This document shows, piece after piece, positions 8,780-15,697 of a stretch of DNA of 24,174 nucleotides. A program made the translations under genes and the position numbers. Source of the stretch: a virus (taxonomy: Duplodnaviria > Caudoviricetes); IMG/VR virus record IMGVR_UViG_3300025635_000149, positions 1-24,174 of that record; one strand, 5' to 3'. Under the pieces are notes generated by a model. That model was not told the DNA's origin and ran no database searches. It saw only the letters and a list, made by a program, of their open reading frames with translations. Position 1 is the first letter of the stretch, and each line of letters starts with the position of its first letter.

Positions 8780-10188
8780 CGCGACCTCCCCATGACGAAC
8801 TCGTTAAAGTAGGCCCCGGAGACGGCAAACTCGGTTGGAGCTACCGAAGGCGTTGTCTGTGTGCAGGAAAACTCTGCCAGAAACCCTTGTTGATCGAACA
8901 TGCCCAGCGACCGCCACTCAACCTTGACGCGCGGCCCGTCGAGCGTCACCGAGCCTTGGCTGGTCCAGCTGTCGCCCTTGTCGTTACTGGTCCTCAGTGC
9001 AATCGTGTCGCCGCTCAAGTCGGTCTGGCATCGCAACAACACGTTGTGCATTGTCACTTGTCCGCCATCTATCGGCAGGCCAGCGTGGAACAGGTATTTG
9101 ATTGTGCTTTCTGGCGTTCCGGCCACGAAGCTCTTGACCCGGCTCAAGTGTAGCTGCTTGCCAATCGTCTTGCTGTAGAAAACCGTGTAATCGTCGAACT
9201 CAAGCGATGGCCCGCCAAGGAATTGTGCATCGTCGGTTGCCCATTCGCACCATTCCCCGGTGTCGGCATCAAGGATTTGGTCGGGCGTGTCGGCGTCAAC
9301 CCAGACACGCAAGAACTCGCGCCCCTCGAAATTGAAACGATCCAGGCGGGGAAGGTTTGCGGCCGTCCCTGCGGCCCGCAGGAGCCTTTCAACGCCGGGA
9401 GTGCTTATCTTTTCCTTACCCGATCCAGTGTAGCGGTAGACTGAATAGTCCTGACCAATCCACGCGAAACTGTTGTTCCACAGCGTAGCGCACCCCGTTT
9501 GAAGGATTCCCCTGTCAATCGCGCTTCCGAGAATCGGCGTCCACGGTGAGTTCTCGTTGCCGCTGGGCGAATGCATCTCGACCGTTTCGGAGCCGAACAG
9601 GACAAGAATCCCCTTGTAAAACAGGCCGTCGTAAAGCTCGTCCGGCTCGTATTCCGCCGAAGCGTAGGAAAGCCCGTCAATCTCGATGTCGCCCGAGCCG
9701 TCCAGCATGTTGGCAAGGGGTTCCGTCCAGTAATAGCGATGCGACCCTCTGCGCAGGAAAACAAACCGCCCCTCGCTCTCCAGCACCTTGCGGCAATTGA
9801 AGTTATCAGGCGTCGTAACCGTGCGAACCGTGGAGCCATCGTCGAACTTGACGTTGCCGCCATTGGTAACAATCGCCCCGATGGCATTGCCCGCAACCGA
9901 GGGGACAAGGTTGCCGCTGATTGTCGTGTCGTCGCTTGGAAAAGAAACGTCCGTGCCGAAGATTAGTGTGCGATAGCCGCTTAAAACTCCGTCCTGCTTG
10001 TAAACTCCCGTGGTCCCGTTGGCGTTCAACTCGGTGGCGCTGACGTATTTGAGCGCGGGCCTGCCCACCAGCTTGACCCCGCCAGGTTCGGTCCTCGATC
10101 CTGTCACATAGAGATTGCGCAGCGGAAGCTGCGGCGTATCCCCAAGGTTGTCCCGCTCATTTCCAGTGAGCAAGCCAAGAAGAGGCAT
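8776..10188 (-). CDS. Packaged-DNA stabilization protein / tail hub (P22 gp10-like)
   Basis: Start moved to ATG 10188 (TGATG overlap), giving 470 aa with DGLSYASAEYEPD, LFGSETVE, ISTPGVER, SNDKGDSW and WRSLG motifs characteristic of gp10-like beta-propeller hubs. Confidence 0.85.
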   Translation of the reverse strand: MPLLGLLTGNERDNLGDTPQLPLRNLYVTGSRTEPGGVKLVGRPALKYVSATELNANGTTGVYKQDGVLSGYRTLIFGTDVSFPSDDTTISGNLVPSVAGNAIGAIVTNGGNVKFDDGSTVRTVTTPDNFNCRKVLESEGRFVFLRRGSHRYYWTEPLANMLDGSGDIEIDGLSYASAEYEPDELYDGLFYKGILVLFGSETVEMHSPSGNENSPWTPILGSAIDRGILQTGCATLWNNSFAWIGQDYSVYRYTGSGKEKISTPGVERLLRAAGTAANLPRLDRFNFEGREFLRVWVDADTPDQILDADTGEWCEWATDDAQFLGGPSLEFDDYTVFYSKTIGKQLHLSRVKSFVAGTPESTIKYLFHAGLPIDGGQVTMHNVLLRCQTDLSGDTIALRTSNDKGDSWTSQGSVTLDGPRVKVEWRSLGMFDQQGFLAEFSCTQTTPSVAPTEFAVSGAYFNEFVMGRSR

Positions 10189-10829
10189 CAGTAATCGTCC
10201 GCCACCCCGCTTGAGCGGTCCAGTGCATCGAGAATGTCGTTCTTGATAACCTGCAACCCGCGCCGAGCGGCAATCAGCGTGTGCGGCGAAACATCCCGCC
10301 CGAAGTCCTCCGCCACGAGAACGCGCAGATTTGTTTTGATCGCCAGAAGCCAATTGTCCGGCGCGTAAATCACGCTTGCGGTTGTGAGGGGCAATTGTGC
10401 GCCCACATCGGCCCCATGCGAGCGCCACTCGGCCACCATCCCGTTAAGCCATTCAAGACCAAGCGCCAGTTCCGATGCTGTTGCCTGCCCATTGATGCCC
10501 ACCACAGGTCTTAGGGCGAAGTCGATTACATCGTCTGCGGTCGCGGAGAAGGCATTAGCGTTCCCGGTCGGCGCAATCGGAATGTAAATCGTTTCCTTAA
10601 TCGTCTCGCCGTTGTCGGTCGTGGCGGCAAAGGAAACCGTTCCAATTGTCGAAGCGGTGCCGCCCGATAGGTAAACAATGGCGGAATTGCCATCACTATC
10701 CTGCGAATCCTTGGTGACGCCCGATGCTGTTGCGGTGAAGGATGAAAGCGCATCGTCCGCCTGGACGGGAACATCCCAGCTATAACGCTTTACGTCGCCC
10801 GGAGCCTTGGCTTGCCACATTAACGCCAT
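10188..10829 (-). CDS. Head-to-tail adaptor (P22 gp4-like) fused to an N-terminal fibre-adaptor-like domain
   Basis: The C-terminal part (TADDVIDFALR..GLEWLNGMVAEW..AIKTNL.V..AEDFG) is gp4-like. The first ~85 aa (WQAKAPGD...YSWD...VYLSGGT...TTDNGET) resemble small stand-alone fibre-adaptor proteins. Confidence 0.75.
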   Translation of the reverse strand: MALMWQAKAPGDVKRYSWDVPVQADDALSSFTATASGVTKDSQDSDGNSAIVYLSGGTASTIGTVSFAATTDNGETIKETIYIPIAPTGNANAFSATADDVIDFALRPVVGINGQATASELALGLEWLNGMVAEWRSHGADVGAQLPLTTASVIYAPDNWLLAIKTNLRVLVAEDFGRDVSPHTLIAARRGLQVIKNDILDALDRSSGVADDY

Positions 10830-10832
10830 AAC

Positions 10833-11945
10833 CTAACCTCCTGCGACCCTTGAGCCGCCGCGCCGCCCGAAAGCGGAACGAACGCCCGTATATCGCCTTT
10901 TGATATTGGTTGCCGCCCCCGCGACTGCGAACGCCAGCGATGCTGCCCCGCTGATTTGCGAAGGCTCGTAACCGATAGTGCCGCTTGGGGTAAATGTGAT
11001 CGTGGACGCGCCCGAAAGAACGCCCGCAATAGCCCCGTCGCCCGTGGCCGTGAAAGTGAGGGTCGCAGATCCCGAAGCGGAACCGGCTGCCTCATAAGCA
11101 ACGACAATCCAACCGTCGCCGCCGTTACCTTCGTCGCCTGAGCTACCGCTTGACCCGCCGCCGCCCCCGCCGTAACCGCCATCACCCCCGACCGCAGCAG
11201 GAGCAAAACCGCCGCCACCACCGCCGCCGCCCCCCGGCCCAACCGCCGTGCCGTTACGAGCGCCGCCGCTGTTGTCTGTGTAAATGCTTTGGTTGCCGCC
11301 GTTGCCGCCAACGTATGACGAGTTATTGCCGCCCCCGCCGCCGCCGCCCCCGCCCGACGACCCATTGCCGCCTGCCGCGGAACTGCCAGCAGTGCCGCCG
11401 CCCGATCCTGAATTACCGGCACCGCCTACGCCGCCTATGTCCGTCGCTGTTGCCGCCCCCCCGGCAGTGGATGACCCACCATTGGACCCGCCCCCTCCGC
11501 CGCCAGTGCGGTTGTAAACGCTTGATCCGCCAGCCCTACCAACGCCGGATGGTCCGGCAGAACCACCGCCACCGTGGCGACGAGTGCCGCCAGATGCGCC
11601 GTTGCCGCCAGAATAAGTCGTATCGCCAACGCTTGAAGCGCCGGAGCCGCCATCGCCCCTCGTCGCGCCCGAAGCGTTCTTGCCAGCCTTGGCTAGAACT
11701 GTGCCGCTACTAAAGGATGTGTCAGTCTCGGAACCACCTGAGCCAACCGTCAGCGAGACGCTAGAAGAAGGCGTAACAGAAACACCTGCCTTGTAAGCAA
11801 AAGCCCCGCCCCCACCGCCAGCGGGCGCGGTTACGCCATATCCGCCATCACCTCCAGGGCCGAGGCAATATACGTCGCAACTGGTAACGCCAGCGGGGAC
11901 GCTCCAACTTGTGTCCCCCGCGAGGAACACGGCATAGGTTGTCAT
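10833..11945 (-). CDS. Glycine-rich fibre/adhesin-like protein
   Basis: 370 aa. WSVPAGVTS.DVYCLGPGGDGG..GGGGGAFAY...LTVGSGG and GGDGWIVVAY bound a poly-Gly repeat domain, followed by a basic C-terminal tail. Confidence 0.8.
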   Translation of the reverse strand: MTTYAVFLAGDTSWSVPAGVTSCDVYCLGPGGDGGYGVTAPAGGGGGAFAYKAGVSVTPSSSVSLTVGSGGSETDTSFSSGTVLAKAGKNASGATRGDGGSGASSVGDTTYSGGNGASGGTRRHGGGGSAGPSGVGRAGGSSVYNRTGGGGGGSNGGSSTAGGAATATDIGGVGGAGNSGSGGGTAGSSAAGGNGSSGGGGGGGGGNNSSYVGGNGGNQSIYTDNSGGARNGTAVGPGGGGGGGGGFAPAAVGGDGGYGGGGGGSSGSSGDEGNGGDGWIVVAYEAAGSASGSATLTFTATGDGAIAGVLSGASTITFTPSGTIGYEPSQISGAASLAFAVAGAATNIKRRYTGVRSAFGRRGGSRVAGG

Positions 11946-12388
11946 CAGTCAACATTCACATCTAGCTCGCCAATGGCGAAGGATGGAGTGTTCGAAACTG
12001 CAACCACAAGGCTATCGGTTAGCGCGCCATAGAAAAGCAGGTCACCCGCACCAGTGGCAGCCGTGCCAATTCCGAAATAAGTGCAGGTCTGCACCCCCGT
12101 TCCCGTCGCGGTCGGGAATGTAACCGCAGCCGCGTTTGAAACATTGTTAGCCGCTACCGTCCACGCCGCACCGGAACGGGCAACGGCAACCCTCGCATAA
12201 GCGCCATAAGATGTTTCACTTGTCGCCTGCGTCCCCGTTTCACCGGGATTGGCGGTGTGAAGGGATATATAGAAACTCCCTGCCGTTGCCGAATTTTGCA
12301 AACCGGCAGCGTCACCGATGCCCGCGTGGTCCGTATTGTTGAAATACAGGGCTAGCATTTCGTTCTCAAAATTGTTTGTCGCGCTCAT
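11945..12388 (-). CDS. Conserved small phage fibre-associated structural protein
   Basis: 147 aa with FEN..L...FN, YISLHTANPGETG..SETSYGAYARVAVAR and VTFPTAT motifs. TGATG-coupled to the Gly-rich gene. Confidence 0.8.
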   Translation of the reverse strand: MSATNNFENEMLALYFNNTDHAGIGDAAGLQNSATAGSFYISLHTANPGETGTQATSETSYGAYARVAVARSGAAWTVAANNVSNAAAVTFPTATGTGVQTCTYFGIGTAATGAGDLLFYGALTDSLVVAVSNTPSFAIGELDVNVD

Positions 12389-12478
12389 TTAGCCAATCCT
12401 TTTGCGGGGTGGATCGTTGAAATACTTATGCGGTTCCCAGCCGAAAAACGCCGCCAGGAATAGCCAAAAACAGGTCAT
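12389..12478 (-). CDS. Small hydrophobic protein (29 aa)
   Basis: Hand translation MTCFWLFLAAFFGWEPHKYFNDPPRKRIG. The ATG overlaps the upstream stop (ATGA) and the TAA abuts the next ATG, filling the gap exactly. Confidence 0.55.
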   Translation of the reverse strand: MTCFWLFLAAFFGWEPHKYFNDPPRKRIG

Positions 12479-12762
12479 GCGGTTTTGCGCCTGCGCTGGC
12501 GCTTGCTGGGCGGCGGCAGTCCATCAACCTCGTAATCGGCGGGCACGTGGACATGATCGCCCTTGGGCAGCGAGCCGCCCTTCTTGCCGTCGCCATCGTG
12601 GTCGAGTGGGTGAATTTCCTTAAAATCGGGATTGCGCGCCAAGCGCGCGCCAATGTCCTCTTCGGTATCAACCTCGGTCGGCTTGCGCCCTTCGAACAGG
12701 TAGGGCCCCATCTGGAGCGTTGTCCTGCGGCCCGTGTATTCCCCGATGAACTTGAGAAGCAT
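12475..12762 (-). CDS. Hypothetical phage protein with HPLDHDGDGKKGGS motif
   Basis: Start moved to ATG 12762, behind a GGAGA RBS, giving 95 aa with a DxDxDG loop and a basic C-terminus. Confidence 0.75.
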   Translation of the reverse strand: MLLKFIGEYTGRRTTLQMGPYLFEGRKPTEVDTEEDIGARLARNPDFKEIHPLDHDGDGKKGGSLPKGDHVHVPADYEVDGLPPPSKRQRRRKTA

Positions 12763-12781
12763 TGTATTCTCCAATCAGATG

Positions 12782-12807
12782 AAAAGGGGCGAGCCGAAGC
12801 CCGCCCC
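12782..12807 (-). terminator. Rho-independent terminator after the capsid and decoration genes
   Basis: Minus strand GGGGCGGGC-TTCG-GCTCGCCCC-TTTT: 9-bp stem (one G-U), C(UUCG)G tetraloop and a short U tract. Confidence 0.85.
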
Positions 12808-12814
12808 AATCCAT

Positions 12815-13300
12815 TTACGGCGTGTTGTTCGCCACAACGTAGTGAACAACCACCCAAAGGTAGCCGGTGCCGCCCGCGTTCGGGGCAACATTGCCTTCGG
12901 CCTGGATGGTCGTCGGCACCGTGAAGGTCTTCGGACCAGCCGAGAACAGGACGCCACCGAGCGGGAAATAGTTCCCCACTTCCGGCTTGATCCCGGCAAC
13001 GGCATCGCCGGTCCAGACGCCAAGGTTGCCAAACCCGTCAGGGTCGGCAGCATCGACGCCGTTAGCGGCCCAGCCAATGTCAATATCCAGAACTTCCGTC
13101 CCCGTATCGAGGTCTTCAGCCATGAGATAACCACCGACAACGGTGGAATTGGCGGGGAGCTTGACCAGCTCGTAGATGTCACCGTCCGCAGTCGCGGCGG
13201 TGAGATCGATTGCCCCGTAGACAGACTGAACCGTGTAAGGGCCGCAGATTGCCGAAGGGGTTGCGCCCGAAGACACAGTGCTAGAGGTAAAGGTAGCCAT
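12815..13300 (-). CDS. Putative capsid decoration/minor capsid protein
   Basis: 161 aa directly after the MCP with a strong RBS (AGGAAAGGAG) and before the terminator. Contains the DGDIYELVKLPAN..V...DLDTG...LDIDIG beta-sandwich pattern. Confidence 0.7.
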   Translation of the reverse strand: MATFTSSTVSSGATPSAICGPYTVQSVYGAIDLTAATADGDIYELVKLPANSTVVGGYLMAEDLDTGTEVLDIDIGWAANGVDAADPDGFGNLGVWTGDAVAGIKPEVGNYFPLGGVLFSAGPKTFTVPTTIQAEGNVAPNAGGTGYLWVVVHYVVANNTP

Positions 13301-13321
13301 TTTCTATTCTCCTTTCCTGTC

Positions 13322-14437
13322 CTAGACTTCGCCAGCCGACGCGACGGTCGCGGCAGCGGTCGTAGCGAAGAAGCCGCTTACGACGCCGTGATCCTTCTGG
13401 TCGTCGGTATCGCTCGTGCCAGTGCCAAAACGCAACTTTGAGACGCCGTAGATGGACTCGATGGCCACACCTTCTTTGTCGTCATAGTCATACTGCTTGG
13501 ACTTGCGGGTCCACCGCTTCGCAAAGCCGATGCCGAGCGCCTGGGCACCAAGCAGGTAAACCGGCGTGACTTCAGTCGTCGCGGACGCACCGATGTTGGC
13601 CCAGATCGGAAGGTCATCGACCTCCTTGACGATGCAGTTATCCCACAGGATGTCGCCACCCTGGAAGAGCTTCATCGCTTCCTTGCCAATGGTCGTAGTT
13701 GCCCATTCGTCGTCGATGCTGTTGCGAAGGTCGCGGAACGCAGCGGGGTGGGCTAGCGCGATGTAATAACGCCTGCCGTTACCCTGGTCCTCGACCGGGC
13801 GAATCTTCGGTGAACAGGTCTTGGCAACATAGAGCATGTCCTCAAGACGATCCGAAGTGAACAGGTCCGCAGACGTATCGAGCTGCGCAAGGTCAGCCGA
13901 CATATCGGTGCCGCCCGCAGAGCCGCCCTTGGCATAAGCGCCAAAAACGGTGCGGTCTTTGTTGTCCACCAGCCATGCGTCGGCAATTGCCGCCGTGCGC
14001 GAGGTGAACGCGGTTCCGTTCAGCGAACCCAACTGCTCAATAATGAGGTCGCGGGTATCGCTCTTGGCCCATTGCATCAGCGTTGCACGGCCTGCGGAAA
14101 GCAGGTCGATAGCCGATTGCACCTTGGACATTTCCGGCACACGAACGGCATGACGGCGCTTGTTAACCGTGATGCTGTGCGAACGCTGGGTAAGGTCTTC
14201 TTCGTTGCCTTCCAGAACCGAAGACCCGGTGGTTGCCGAGTTCGTGAGCTGGTTGACAAGCTGGATGATAATTGTGTCGCCAGCGGACTTGCCGCCGTAT
14301 TCTTCCTTCACCTGGATGACGGCATTTTCTTCGGTGCCATACATCGGGGTGAAAATGTCACCCTGAATATAATCCAGGTTGAACTTGTTCTCCCACTTTT
14401 CGACCTGAAGGGCCGTGGGGACAGTGGTATCTGCCAT
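13322..14437 (-). CDS. Major capsid protein (N4-gp56/DUF4043-like)
   Basis: 371 aa after the scaffold gene, with AGDTI, LEGNEEDL, RHAV, AHP..FRDL, LLGAQALG and DYD motifs of this MCP family. Confidence 0.9.
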   Translation of the reverse strand: MADTTVPTALQVEKWENKFNLDYIQGDIFTPMYGTEENAVIQVKEEYGGKSAGDTIIIQLVNQLTNSATTGSSVLEGNEEDLTQRSHSITVNKRRHAVRVPEMSKVQSAIDLLSAGRATLMQWAKSDTRDLIIEQLGSLNGTAFTSRTAAIADAWLVDNKDRTVFGAYAKGGSAGGTDMSADLAQLDTSADLFTSDRLEDMLYVAKTCSPKIRPVEDQGNGRRYYIALAHPAAFRDLRNSIDDEWATTTIGKEAMKLFQGGDILWDNCIVKEVDDLPIWANIGASATTEVTPVYLLGAQALGIGFAKRWTRKSKQYDYDDKEGVAIESIYGVSKLRFGTGTSDTDDQKDHGVVSGFFATTAAATVASAGEV

Positions 14438-14438
14438 T

Positions 14439-14459
14439 GCCTTATTCCTTGGAATAGGC
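14439..14459 (-). promoter_or_regulatory. Hairpin overlapping the MCP ribosome-binding site
   Basis: Minus strand GCCT-ATTC-CAAG-GAAT-A-AGGC lies one nucleotide before the ATG and contains the AAGGA SD-like sequence. Confidence 0.45.
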
Positions 14460-14468
14460 GGGCGCGGT

Positions 14469-15239
14469 TTAGTGGTTCAGTATTTCCCCGAACGTGGAAG
14501 GTCCAACGTCAACCGGGGCTGTCCTTGCGCCTACATTGCGCTCGCCCGTGAGTGTCGGTGGAAGTTTCGGTGGTTCGGCTATTTGTTGGGCCGGGGCCGC
14601 CTGGGCTTCCCGCCACTTCTGGAACGCAGCATAATCATCCGGCGTCACGTTCTCGACGATCTGTGCCCGCTGGTATTCTTCGACCGCGAACCTGTAGGGG
14701 TTGCGCTGCGTCATAACCTTATGGCGGAAGCCCGGATCGGTTTGATAACGTGAAAGCGTCCAATCGCGCGCTTGGTCAACCAGTTCATCCCCATACTTCT
14801 CGCGGGCCACCTCCTCGGAGATGTCCATCTTGACGTTAAGGGCCTGCATGGCTGCTTCGGTTTGCAAATGGCTGGTGAATGCCGCAGCGTCCGAATAGAC
14901 AATGTCCGGGTCGAACCGCTGCTGTTCCTGTTGTGACTGTTGCTGTTGCTGGAGTTGCGCCCGCAGGCGTTCCAGCTCGGCTTCGGCTTCCTGTCGTTTA
15001 CGGCGTTCCGCGATAGTCGCGGCACCATCGAACTCCTGTTTTTCCGCTGGTGCAGGCGGCGCACCTTCTTCGCCCTTCTTGACGAGCTTCCCAGGTTCAT
15101 CGCGGGGCCTGCCTGCCTGTTCCGCCATAGGGGCGGATTCGGCTCCAGGCTCCGGCGCAGCTTCCTGCGCCTCGATTGCGGGTTCTTCGTCCGGTTCGTC
15201 GGTATTCAGTAGTTCTCCAAACGTCTTGGCCTCTACCAT
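14469..15239 (-). CDS. Capsid scaffolding protein
   Basis: 256 aa with an acidic Pro/Ala-rich N-terminus (GRPRDEPGK), a coiled coil (ERRKRQEAEAELERLRAQLQQQ) and a position between portal and MCP. Confidence 0.85.
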   Translation of the reverse strand: MVEAKTFGELLNTDEPDEEPAIEAQEAAPEPGAESAPMAEQAGRPRDEPGKLVKKGEEGAPPAPAEKQEFDGAATIAERRKRQEAEAELERLRAQLQQQQQSQQEQQRFDPDIVYSDAAAFTSHLQTEAAMQALNVKMDISEEVAREKYGDELVDQARDWTLSRYQTDPGFRHKVMTQRNPYRFAVEEYQRAQIVENVTPDDYAAFQKWREAQAAPAQQIAEPPKLPPTLTGERNVGARTAPVDVGPSTFGEILNH

Positions 15240-15256
15240 GATGGTTTCCCTGTGAT

Positions 15257-15322
15257 CGCCCGAAAGACCCGGCGACGGTCGAACGCCCGAATTACCCCGG
15301 CGGCGGGTTGCCCAAACGGGCG
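15257..15322 (-). promoter_or_regulatory. Tandem structured RNA motif (two pseudoknot-like units) in the scaffold 5' leader
   Basis: Minus strand ACCC-GCCGCCG-GGGT-AATT-CGGGCG and GACC-GTCGCCG-GGTC-TTT-CGGGCG. The stems differ in sequence but both pair. Confidence 0.55.
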
Positions 15323-15326
15323 AAAC

Positions 15327-15497
15327 TCAATCTGCTATCTGCTCAACGCCAAGGCGGACGGAGCTAAGCGCCCCATCATCCTCGCGGAGCAATATCCCTA
15401 TTGCATTGCCCCCCTCGATCACTTCGACCTTGAGAAACTTGGGGCCTTCCTCGAATTGCTCCATGCCTTCGCCCCACAGGACGCGGGGTTTAGCCAT
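15327..15497 (-). CDS. Hypothetical protein (56 aa)
   Basis: MAKPRVLWGEG..., with the start moved to ATG 15497 (8-nt overlap with the upstream ORF). Fills the portal-scaffold gap. Confidence 0.55.
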   Translation of the reverse strand: MAKPRVLWGEGMEQFEEGPKFLKVEVIEGGNAIGILLREDDGALSSVRLGVEQIAD

Positions 15498-15693
15498 CGC
15501 GGCAGAATACCCTGTTCGGCGCGCGGCCATGCCAATACCAGAAACGAACTAACCATTCCCTTACATGGCGGGGCTGCACTCCCTCTACGGGAGGCTCGTT
15601 CCCTTCTTCTATTTCAGCCAAATCCCCCAGCGAAGAAACAATCGCGTCGTGCCCAATCGCCTTCGGCCCCCTGAAAGTGGAATAATGCCTCAT
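15490..15693 (-). CDS. Hypothetical protein (67 aa)
   Basis: MRHYSTFRGPKAIGHD..., with the ATG 4 nt after the portal stop. Confidence 0.5.
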   Translation of the reverse strand: MRHYSTFRGPKAIGHDAIVSSLGDLAEIEEGNEPPVEGVQPRHVREWLVRFWYWHGRAPNRVFCRDG

Positions 15694-15697
15694 TTGC

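Noticed and set aside
10189-10428. ORF-track N-terminal extensions (gp10-like from 10428; also 8447, 20209, 20414, 21530)
   Set aside because: They overlap upstream genes extensively. Internal ATGs with stop-start coupling or an RBS give better starts.
11150-11500. GCC/CCG-rich repeats resembling a microsatellite or array
   Set aside because: These are poly-Gly codons of the fibre protein. There is no repeat-spacer structure, so this is not a CRISPR array.
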